This document shows, in pieces, positions 50,301 to 61,900 of a stretch of 64,000 nucleotides of DNA (its first letter is position 1; each line of letters begins with the position of its first letter). This DNA comes from Paraphysomonas bandaiensis (taxonomy: Eukaryota; Protista; Chrysophyceae). The notes under the pieces are model-generated. The model did no database searches. It was not told the DNA's origin and was given only the letters and a program-made list of their open reading frames with translations. The stretch covers positions 1-64,000 of the forward strand of contig CBFFRP010000375.1 in the NCBI GenBank assembly GCA_965644295.1. The letters are read 5' to 3'. The position numbers were made by a program, and so were the translations under genes.

Positions 50301-51894
50301 GTGCCGAGCACAGGGAGTGGAGACGAGCTCGCCGTGTAGAGCGAGAGGGTTTGGCGAAGCGAGATACCATGGAGGTGACTCGTATACCGGACGGAGTCGT
50401 CCCACTGCACTCCAAGTACGTCTATGGAAAGAAGTACGATAAGGAGGGAGAGGTCCGCCGATATAAGGCTCGTCTTGTAGCAATCGGTTGTGGACAGCAG
50501 TCGAGTGGTTGGGCGAACCATTTCGCACCCGTTGTTAAGGGGGTAACAGTGCGACTGTTAATCGCCATAGCTTTCGTGATGAACATGGTAATTCATCAAC
50601 TGGATGTGTCTAACGCATTTCTATATGCAGATATAGAGGGGGATGTATATATGAAGGCAACTCCGGACTTTCAGCTGCCTGAGGGGTACTGCTTTAAGTT
50701 GAAGAAGTCGTTATACGGGCTTCGGAGTTCCCCGCGGTCGTGGTGGAAAACATTGGATAAATTCATACGATCTATGCATTTTAAACCATGTGTATTAGAC
50801 CCGTGTTTGTATTATCAGTATAAGGGCGATGAATTGATATTATTAACGATATATGTGGATGATATCCTAGTGTTAGGTCGTGATGTCAACATAGTGAAGG
50901 ATATTAAAGCTCAACTGTGTGCCCGGTTTGATATGAAGGATATGGGCGAGATGGAACATTTTCTGAATGTTCGAGTCACAAGAACGCCAGAGTATATTCG
51001 TCTTGACCAATCAGTATATGCGGCTAAGATCTTAGAAAAGTTTGAAAAGTATCTTGGGTCACCGCGAAAGGTACGGAAGAGTCCTCTACCGGCGGAAGCA
51101 ATGGATTTAGTGGCAAAAGGGGCACGGCATGAGCATACCGAGGAGGAACAGCTTATAGTAGATAACTTCCCATATCGGCCGCTGATAGGTGCATTACTAT
51201 ATCTATCGATGAACACGAGGCCGGATATTGCCTATGCAGTGGGAGTACTGTCTCGGTTCAGTAATAAGGTGAATATTGAAGTATGCAAGCTATTAACACA
51301 TGTATGGCAATATATTCGTGGTTCTATTGACAAAGGGATTCAATATGGGAGTAGACGGTTCGACTTCCATATGTTTACTGACGCGGATTGGGCGGGAGAT
51401 CAGCTCTCCAGGAAGTCCACGTCGGGGTACGTTGGGTTTGCAGCGGGAGGGCCTATAGTCTGGCAGTCCAAACTGCAGACGACAGTGGCAACGTCAAGCA
51501 TGCAGTCTGAGTATCAGTGTATTTACTCGGGTCTCCAAGAAGTGCTATGGGTTCGGGGGTGACGGGTGAGATTAAGTTGAGGCTCATCAAACCCACACCA
51601 TTCTTCATCGACAGTCAGAGTGCCCAGGATTTGGCCGAAAACCCAGTGTTTCACAAGAAGTCGAAGCACATTGAGATTAAGTATCACATGGTGAGAGAGC
51701 ACGTGGATCCCAATCAGTTCAATACGATTAAGTTAGTGCATGTGCATACATCGCAACAAGCAGCAGATATTTATACAAAGTCATTGGTTGGTTTATCATA
51801 TATGGAGCAGAGAAAGAGAAATCTTGGAGAGAAAGTTAAGAGTTCCACTGAAGTGATTAATGAGGGACCAAGGGATAAAAGAAGGCGCAAGTAG
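47298..51894 (+). CDS. Copia gag-pol polyprotein (two apparent frameshifts in G runs)
   Basis: Two CCHC knuckles (CSFCRKKGHVAANC, CHICGDFSHKARQC); PR LDSCAS; integrase HHCC and DDE; RT QLDVSNAFL, KKSLYGL, YVDD; RNase H FTDADWAG...KSKHIEIKYH. Confidence 0.9.
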
Positions 51895-52019
51895 GTACTG
51901 AGTTTTTTAGACAGAGGTTTAGACTTAGAGATGAGTCTATTTTACTGTCAAGAATTTTTTTATCTCAGGCATTCAATAGCTGGGAGGCGTCATAAGTACA
52001 ACACTCAATTGAGGGGGAG

Positions 52020-52312
52020 TGTTGAGATCTGAAGATTCTATATACTTGCAATTGAGTGCAGTATTATGTGAGATGCAAGGATCGAAAGATATATATGTAA
52101 TTAGTACATTATATTATGTAGTATGAAACTGAAGTAGAAGTGGATGACTATACAGGATACGATCACTGAGTGGGTGGTTTGTACACTATAGTAGTAAATG
52201 AATGGTGTTGAACACATCGAACACAACTTAGGTTCTTTATCATGTAATGTTTATAATTTCATCTTATCAGTTGAGAATAGTAAACCTTAGCAAATAATGT
52301 CAACTTCTGTTA
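52020..52312 (+). repeat. Copia 3' LTR
   Basis: Identical to the 5' LTR; preceded by the polypurine tract. Confidence 0.95.
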
Positions 52313-54335
52313 GCAAATACTGGAGAGCAGCACACAGGAAAGGAATGCTTATTAATGATGATAATGATAAGATAATAGTAGATGTAGTTTTGTTTGATTC
52401 CGGTTCGAGTAATGATAATTTTATTTCTAAGGCATATATGGATGAGGTGGGAGATAAGTTGAAGAAATTTGTTGTGGAAAGACCAATACGAGTCAGAGTA
52501 GCTAATGGGAAAGATGTGCATATACAAGGTTATATTCCTGTTATGGTGCAGTTTAAGGATTAGGAAAAGACTTACAGTGCAAAATTGAATCTATACATAC
52601 TGGATGGACTAACTAAGGAAATTATAATAGGCTTGCCGGCGATATGTGAACATTTTTCAGAGTTGTTTTGCAAGATGGTTCGGTCGACTAGTAGTGTAGA
52701 AACAACTACTACTATAATGTATTTGGATTTACCTACTGGTGGAGGGTGTGAAGTGAACTATGCTATAGAGGATTTTGAAACGAAATATGATCAAATCACT
52801 AGAGCTACAACACGTGAACCATGGGATAATCCAGTTCCAGTAATAGCTCCAGAGGATGAGATGATGCCTGAACCTTGTTCTTTTGGTGGTCTTGTAAACT
52901 TCATGGAGATGTCAGTTGAGGAAGCACAGGAGGAGTATCTGAATAATTTGGAACAAAAAAGTTAATCCTGAGTTTGCAAAACAGACGAAGTTTTAGAATT
53001 GTTAAAAACATTGGGCATACAAGTGTTTGTACCTAGGGAGTGGACTGGTATTAGAATGACTCCACTTAAACTCAAATGCAAGTCAACGATACCAGATCGC
53101 ATTAAGCCCATGCGAAGGGTTCCTCCGAAATTGTACGATAGGACCAAGCAGGAGTTTGAAAGAATGTTAAAATATTTCTACAAGAAGAGTATGAGTCCAT
53201 ATGCGTCGCCTATTGTAGTTGCACCAAAGGCAACAAAACCATTTATAAGAATTTGTGGTGACTATCATATTGTCAATCTACAGATGGAGAGCCCACACTA
53301 TCCTATTCCAGATGTTTCAAAGAGTTACATAAGGCAGCCGGTTTCAAAGTTTTTGTTGATCTTGATATATGTAATGCATTTCATGGTATACCTTTGGATG
53401 ACAGTACATCAGCGTTATTATCAGTGCAAACCCCGTGGGGGCAATTCGAACCGAAGTTCCTGCCGGCTAGTGGAGTGCTAATGATGGTGATGTCTGAAAT
53501 ATTCAGTGATTATACCGAATGGATGATTGTCATATTTGACAATATGCTGATATTAGCGAACGATTATGATGATGCCTACACTAAGTTGGAATTGGTCCTA
53601 TTACGTTGCAAAGAATATAATGTCGTGTTGAAGTTATCTAAGAGTAAGTTCGGATATTCTTCAGTGGAGTTCTTTGGATATTTGTGTTAGGATAATACTT
53701 ATGCGCTGACGCAAGAACGAAAGGATTCGGTCAATTCAATTACTTTTCCGGAAGGTTCGAACAAAACTAAACAAATGCAACGGTTCTTAGGAGCAGCAGT
53801 GTATTTCAAACCGTTTATAATGAACTACAGCCAACTAACTCATAGACTCATTGACATGACCAAAAAAGACTTTGATTGGACAGAAGCGAGTTGGAATGTT
53901 GACTACAGGAAGGAGTTTGAATTCTATATGTCCGGATTATAATTTACGATGGCTTTTGATGACTGATGCTTCAGACTATGCCTGTGGTGGAGTATTGATT
54001 CAAATTGCAATCTCAGGTGAGGGTGTTGAGTTGTTTCAAGTCAACCAATTCAATGAAATGGTCCATTATTGATAAGGAGTGTTTTGGAGCGTTCTATAGC
54101 ATGTATAAACTGTCATATTATGTTCGGGGTAAACACTTAAACAATGTGCTCATGGATCATGCCAATCTGAGACGTATTGGCATCCTTTGTATATTTTTGT
54201 TCAAAGATGCCTCTAATATTGAGATAACAATTATATGTATTCCAGCTCTAGTTGTACTTCAGGAATATAGAGAAATTTTGCTACAATTTATTTCCGAAAA
54301 ATAAGATGCTAAGGCTTTTTTGAGGTAGATTTTCC

Positions 54336-54468
54336 TTGATAACAGGGAATTTTGGTTAATAACAGGGATTTTTGGTTGATAACAGGGAATTTTGGTTAAT
54401 AACAGGGATTTTTGGTTGATAACAGGGATTTTTGGTTGATAACAGGGAATTTTGGTTGATAACAAGGG
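54336..54468. repeat. 20-bp minisatellite, ~6.5 copies
   Basis: AACAGGGAWTTTTGGTTRAT repeated. Confidence 0.92.
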
Positions 54469-54736
54469 TTTATAGGATTTCTTTTGGAGGACAACTACAG
54501 TACTGTTGATTTCGAAGTTTTCAAGTATTTTTCATGCATTCGTAAAAAAAACAGGATTTTGTACAAACATTCAAGGTATTTACAGCAGTACATTGAAGAA
54601 AATTCATGTTTTCTAGAGCTTTATGAATACGACATATGTGTACATGAGTGTGTACAATCACTTAACCATTCCTCAATAATATCCCCGTATATGTTAAGAT
54701 ATCACTATATATATGAGGTAAGTTACATATTTCTGA

Positions 54737-57692
54737 ATGGGCGATTTGCTAGTCAATAGCGACCCTAAGTCACTGCCTCCAGAGTCATACAGAGCACTGT
54801 ATAAGGACTTCTTAATGTACGTATGAATATATATATATACACACACGTTATTTATATATATAACATGCTATATATACATATTACAGACAATTTAAATACT
54901 CTGAAGTGACTGATATAACCAATCAAATCACTGGACCAGAAGAACACATATCGTTAATCATATCTGCTCAAGATTTAATATGTTTCGACTCCTCATTAGC
55001 GTTTCATACGATTCATTATCCGAATCTTTTAATACCTGTATTCGAAGAGGCTCTTATTGAGTTACAGTGTTCTCTTATCGATACATATCATTCAAATGAT
55101 TTGACTAAAAGAACAGTTAAACATCTCTGTCATATTCGGATAACTGAATTGCCCCCCATATCAGAGCTCTCGAAGATGACTATCGGACAGTTGAGATCAT
55201 TTGAAATAGAAAAGTTAGTCCAGATTACAGGTACAGTCATAAGGACAGGATCTGTTCAAATGCTGAAAGTTTCAAAGGAGTATGAATGTACGAATACGAA
55301 GTGTGGCTTCAGGTTTAGAGTGAGGGCAGATCCGGAGCAGGGAAATGTTTTGCCCCAACCCAGACGTTGCCCCTCCACTGCGATCCCGATAGATGATGGT
55401 GGGAACCGCAAGAGGTGTACTAGTACTAGTTTTCGGGAGGTGGAAGGATCTGGAGAGTGCGTGGACTACCAAGAGATTAAAATTCAAGACCAAATGGAGA
55501 GGTTAGCAGCAGGCCATTCTCCACAATCTATATATGTAGTACTGGAGGCGGACTTGGTCGACAAATGCAACCCAGGAGATGACGTTATAGTGGTAGGAAC
55601 ACTGGTGAGGAGATGGAGGTCAGTACGGACTGGCTCGCGATGCCAAGTCACAACCTCATTGAAGGCCAACAGGTCGTACCTTCTGTAAGTGCATCACACT
55701 GCTCACTCATTTTACAGTATACGGTCTTTACACGAAGGAAAAAGACGCAGCGTTGCTAAGTACGATTTTTCTGTATTCGCCAACCGTTGGAAAGCTAAAT
55801 GTAAAGATGGAATTGGAAGCACACTGCTGGAGCGGGATAGAATACTGCGTGCAGTATGTCCTCAGCTACATGGGATGGCTATAGTTAAGCTCTGTCTGCT
55901 ATTGACACTTATAGGGGGATCGACTGCGGCCGCCTCTGGACCCTCTCAATACCGCCGACGATGCCAGAGTCACATGCTCGTTGTAGGGGACCCCGGCAGT
56001 GGTAAGAGTCAACTCCTGCGGTTTGCTTCTTCGCTTCTTCCCAGATCTGTATGCACCACAGGGGTTGGTACTACAGGTGCAGGCCTTACATGCACTGCCG
56101 TCAGAGAGGGGAGCGAGTGGTCAGTGGAGGCAGGGGCTCTCGTGCTGGCAAACGACGGTGTATGTTGCATTGATGAGTTTTCAAGTATTAAGGAACAAGA
56201 TAGGGCAACAATACATGAAGCCATGGAACAGCAGACCTGCTCAGGTAGAGTACTTATAGTTGTTGTAGACATACTCTTTTTACACTGGCAATGCAGTGGC
56301 CAAAGCGGGGTTAGTAGTGAAGCTGAACACACGATGCTCTGTGATTGCGGTGTGCAACCCGAAGGGGTCCTATGATTTGTGTAGTGATGTCACAACCAAT
56401 ACGGCAATCGCGGCGCCCCTCCTGAGTAGGTTTGATCTGGTGCTGGTCCTTCTCGATATCCCACAGAAGGAGTGGGATAGGGACATTTCTACTGCGCTGC
56501 TATTGCAGGCGGTAAACGGGCCACGAAGTGCACAATCAGTTCCTGGGTCGGGTGACAATTTCTGGACCGTGGAAACACTGAGGAAGTACGTTATGGTTAT
56601 TCGAGACCGTCTGCAGCCCACGATGACCACTGAAGCGAGGTATTTCTTATATCTTTAGTAATATGACTGAAGTATTTTAGGTGCCTCTTGGTGAGTTAAA
56701 TATAACTTCAAACACGAAACTTATGGAAGCGTTATTTATTTGTTTAGATGCGGTACTATCAGATGCAAAGGCAGAAGACCGATCGCTCTTCTGCGCGCAC
56801 TACTGTTCGGCTTCTTGAAAGCTCTATGCGCCTTGCAGAAGCACATGCGAAGCTGATGTTTCGAGAGGAAGTTTTGGTACAGGTATGTCTCTCTTGTTTA
56901 CATGTAATGTGTCACATCGTTGATATAGGATGCTGTGGTGTCAATATACTGCATGGAGCTGTCCTCTCATCCGGGGTGCTCTCTTGGTGAGTGGCGCATC
57001 GAGAAACGTTTTTCTTATTGTCAAGCAATTGTCTTTACTTGCAGATAGGAGCAGGATATCGCCGTTGCGGGCTGATTTTCCTTCTGATCCTGAAGCTGAT
57101 TACGTGAATATCGAAGACAATGTGTTTTTGACTCTACAGTACACAAGGTACGGTGTTAGTCAGTACCTCGATGCTCTAATTTTGTCGATAGGGCGATGTT
57201 AAAAGTCGACGCTTTGAACATTGGAGGGTTAAATGACAATGACTTCGATACCAAATCCGAACGAGACACTACTTTGCCACATGAACGAAACAACTCGAAT
57301 GAGTGCTATTCTTCAAGGAATGGGGACCACTTGCATGCAGAATATTCTGACGAATGTAGACAAGGTACTCCAGTCAAATTTTTGTCAGGTGTTAATGATG
57401 TATTTCAGCGAAGCGACAAAGGTCTCAATCTGAGCGGACAAGTACGGAGCAGAGTACCCCCTCTGATTTCTTTCCAGCTACAGTTGACTCCAATGTCACT
57501 TCTGATTCGGGAGCCGTCTGTAACAGTCATTGTGAGATCCAACATACCGCTTCCAAGCTCCCTGTGAATAATGATGATAGTGGTACACAAGAAATACAAG
57601 CAACGCAAAAGGGTTCTATATGGGAAGCTGTGAAACCGTCATCTTCGGTCAGATTTATGATAGAAAATAGTGATGACGAGAATATATGGTAG
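54737..57692 (+). CDS. MCM9: DNA helicase MCM9, multi-exon
   Basis: Zn finger (C..C...C..C) followed by DYQEIKIQ; Walker [12 protein letters not shown]; [23 protein letters not shown]; LLSRFDL; [22 protein letters not shown] typical of MCM9; 3' end approximate. Confidence 0.88.
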
Positions 57693-58980
57693 CTGTTGTG
57701 GTTGTGAGAGAAATTCTCAGTCTAATTTTTGTATTTTTGGAATTTTTTGCTAATCGCTGTTGAGATCATATTGTTATCCCCATTTTCCAGAGCTCGTGGA
57801 TACCATTGGCGGTTATTCTCGGGCCCATCATGTTATGTCTTAAATTTAGGAATCATTAATAGTTGTGTCGACGAAGAAGTATTTGTAGAAGTTATAACAT
57901 TTCTCTTGTTCCGAATACTTATTTTGGAATGGGGCTTATTGATGAAGTTTAATGTGAGCCACGCAACCGTCAGCTCACTTCTTTGATCTTACTTCAAACA
58001 ATGAAATTGAAATATACCGAATGTTTATAACACAAAGCTCACGGATCACTTGTTCACTAGTAATCTTACAGCATCGTGATTATATTAGATAGTCGTTGAA
58101 ATTAAATATTAGTAACACTACAGTGAGCTCGCCCTGATCTTGTACACACCCTGAGACATGTATCATCACTACGCCTATCTTCAGGTACCTCCTGAATTAG
58201 ACCACAAACACTCCGTCATTCCCTACAAAATATGGAGCGTGCCACTAGCCTCCTACGATTTCGTACGATCCAGAAGACGTAATGAAGACCTGACATGACT
58301 AAACTTAGCATGCACTGTTCGGCTTATTGAAAGCGACATGCGCTTTCTTGCTGAAGCCCATGAGAGCTGATGTATCGAGGAAGGTATTGCTACAGGTATG
58401 TCTCTCTTATGTACGTACAATTGTCACAACCATTGTTGATTTAAATGAAACTTTGATACATTGCAACTGCAACCAATCAATAACAGTCAGGGTTTATACA
58501 TATACGGTCAAAGTACTTGGAAGTAGAATTATAATTACGTCCGTACTTATTTCTTCGGTTCCGTCTGTAACTTTCCACTCATGTTTGACTGAGAATATCT
58601 TTAGACAATCTACTTTTGATTATTGAAGCTCTTAGACATTCGCCTGGTGATTGCTATTCGCCTCTCATAACACCTCGACCACCTTCGGGTCAAAATTTTA
58701 ATGAATAGGGCCGAAGTTATCTCTCCGTTAAGAGATATATTGCAAAAAAAAAATGACACAACTTTATAATGGCATAGCTACTACTGTTATTGGTACAACA
58801 AGTATGATGTAAAGTATAGCAAATTAATAAACTTCATAAGCTCGTGGCAAGTGTCACTTCTCTACATATTACCAAATTGATAAAATATCAAACAAACAGA
58901 TGAGATAACTGAACAAAAAGTAATTACTATTCACACTACACTTCTCTTCAGTATCATACAAAATACACCTCCATAACTAT

Positions 58981-61900
58981 TTACATTCCATTCTCAAAAG
59001 TATGCAAGTGATCAAGCATCCAGTCCAACCGAGTAACAAATCTATCGGCAGATCCATCATCTGGCATATATGAAGAACATGACGAATTTTTCCCATTCAC
59101 TGTTTCTTCGGAAAGTTTTCTAGAATGCTCCATACAACTCTCCATGTATGACTCCGCATCAATATCCACTGAGTTACCCTAAATGTTCATCCAAATCATT
59201 ATAATATCCTGTTTGCAAAACAACTTTCATAACCCCTACCTTCAAAGAACTTCGAAATTCACGCGACCCTTTCAGGATTCTCTGATGTAGCCCGTGCACC
59301 CATTTCGATATAGTTTGCTCCTGAGTTCGCCCCAGTTTATCATTTGAAGACCGTGCCTTCGCAAGAGTTTCGCAAACAGCCTTTCCTAGTATTGCTTTAT
59401 CTTTCTGTAGTTTGTCCTGCAGCTGTCGTACGTTACGAGATCTCCGCTGGGCAAGTTTTTCCTACGAACAACATGTCAGTAATTAAATTCGGCAACAAAC
59501 ATCTTAACTTGTATTTTATCCGTGCGCTGATACACCGCCGGAAGCATTTTTGACACTTTGATTTTTAATTGTTCAACGCATTCCCTGAATATATGTCACA
59601 ACGACGAATAAATACACAACACAGACCTTTGTGCACTACTATTAAACCATTCAATAAAAGCAGAGGAGTCCATCGGAATCGCTATATCACGAATTCCTTC
59701 ACATTCTAATGTTGATTCGGATCCACAACTACCATCTCTTCCAGTACCAGCCTCTACTTCATCATCTGACTCGAAATTTTGAGATTCCTGCGCATCAAAG
59801 CGGATATCACGCGTTTGAGAATTGTCAACATCATCTGCCTTCGAAAAATCGCGGGATATAGAGCTCTCTGACTGCAATTTCTTTGATATATGCCTACTTG
59901 TACCTGGCGATGTCTTGGGGCTTAAATTAGTTGTAGGAGATGTGGACTCCGTTGGTGGCCCACTTCCCCAAGATCCCCACCACGACCGCTGTGTGGAAGT
60001 CGGTGGGGAGTAAGCCAAGTCATCAATCGGCGAGGAGCATGGGTTACGAGACCCAAAACTATTCGTAAAACCATCCAACAATATTTCTCGCTGATCATCA
60101 CTGAACTGTGATGAGAGGATCTTTTCAATAGTTCGATGGCATTCACCCGAGCTCTGAGTACTGTTTTGAACCAACACTAAAGCAGCGATTTGTAGATTTA
60201 CAACGTCGCCTACGTACGCATCACCGGCAGAATCGATGTATTGGTCACAAGCTTCCAAAAACATTTCTAGGAACAAGAGTAGAACGTGCTGGTCATGAAT
60301 CGTACGTGTTGGCGCCCCAGAAACGAGGAGATTTAAAACCGAGGAGTGTAATTCTGCCAGAGATGACACTCTGCTCCACACATTTTCTGAACGGTCCACA
60401 AGACATCTAGTAACGTAAGCATTTCTAACATCTGGCAGCAACGAGTCCTTTATTTTAGTGCGCGCTTCTGGGGGTGCGTGAAAAGTGAGAGAGTTCATCA
60501 CATGAACTGCCCTTACACAAAAATCGAGAGTAGTCTCGCATTTCTCAAGAACCTGGTCAAGAAGTGATGATAAATTGCGCATCAAATTTAGAGAACGCTC
60601 TGCATTAGCACTTTGAGACTGCTTCTCATAAGATTCGAGTATATCAAACAGCATAGCCAGTTGATAATCTCTTGCTTCAGGAACAGGAAGTCGCATAATA
60701 TCATACATTTTTCTAGAGGAATGTGGCTTCATTACTACGTCAAGTGCAAGGGCAGCTTGTACTAAGTTCAAGAGAGGATCAGTGTAGCGATCCAGTATAT
60801 TATTATGCCCGGAGAGTGAACGCACACCGTAGGCTTGTTGATAAGTTGTATAATGTCCTCCTTCCAGTGACTCATCTCCACTATCTAGACCAGAAGCACT
60901 TTCGCCTTCCGATGCACTTAAGAAAGCGCTATCACTTAATAAGTCCTGCAAGAAAATTAAAGTGAAACAAATACCTCTGTATAGCTGATCTACCTGGCTC
61001 GAACGTCTTCTAAAAAACAACAGACACTCACATATCCAGAGCAGCCAGTCCTTCTGCCCGCATAATATTTCTACATTTCGGGTGGCACGAGCCATCGCTT
61101 CGGCATCAGATTCATCTGTGCCGAAACTCGAGGGATTGATGCACTCTTCAAGAGGAATAATAGCCAAGCTAACTCTGTCAGGTGAATTCTCATTCTGTAA
61201 CACCGCCAATAGGGGCTGCAACAACTGGGGAAGAGCAATCATTTCAGCCTTCGAACAACACTTGCGAGAGGGACCACTGTTCTCAGCGCCATTACAACGA
61301 TTGAAGCTATAGGACTGTCTCGAATCTGTCACCGTTCCAGTGACTGCAAACTCCTGCTCGCCAACAATAGGGTGTGTTTCATATGCGCTTAATTTCTTAG
61401 AATCAGATATTTCTTTCGGTCCATCATCACCACTTTCTAAAACCATGGTGTCTTTTGAAGATTGTGAAGTACTCTTTTCATCAAGAGGGCTACTCAATTC
61501 CGCATCACGAGGAACATCTACTCCACCACTACTTGCCGATGTCGCATTAGTGTAGCTCGATCTACCCATCCAATTGAACATTGACATCAACCCTGAATTT
61601 TGCGGAGCAGCAATCTGCGACGCCTTCTGTTGAAGACCAGTTTCCTCGCCGTCAAACTTTCCACCATCAGAAGACCGATGAGATTCACACTCAATGCTTG
61701 CCTGTAATTTATCATGTGGTGGGAGTGCTGATTCATGAGCAGCACGATATACTTCATTCACACCGAAGCTGTGCGTTTCCAACACAGATTCCGAACTTGT
61801 TGCATGGAGGTCCTCATTCAAGCTCACAGTTGTGTTTACCCTTGATCTATGAGCATCAGATGTTCCCGTGACAGACTCAACCTGCAGTTCAATTACACTA

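Larger units (their letters stand above)
47021..52312 (+). mobile_element. Full-length Ty1/copia LTR retrotransposon, recent insertion
   Basis: Identical 293-bp LTRs; PBS TGGTAGCGAG at 47314; PPT GAGGGGGAG at 52011-52019; TSD GCAAA at 47016-47020 and 52313-52317; domain order gag-PR-IN-RT-RH. Confidence 0.97.
45957..54150 (+). mobile_element. Degenerate, rearranged Ty3/gypsy retrotransposon (gag, protease, RT, RNase H fragments) interrupted by a copia element
   Basis: Protease LFDSGSSNDNFI; RT SPYASPIVVAPK..IRICGDY, QTPWGQFEP, IFDN, KLSKSKFGYSSVEFFGY; RNase H LMTDASDYACGGVL, WSIIDKECFG; multiple stops and frameshifts; no integrase visible; part of gag/PR is present as an inverted copy at 45957-46730. 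Confidence 0.85.

Noticed and set aside
54336-54468. Similarity of the minisatellite to the I-SceI site (GATAACAGGG core)
   Set aside because: Only a partial match to the 18-bp site, with no homing endonuclease or vector context; likely coincidence.
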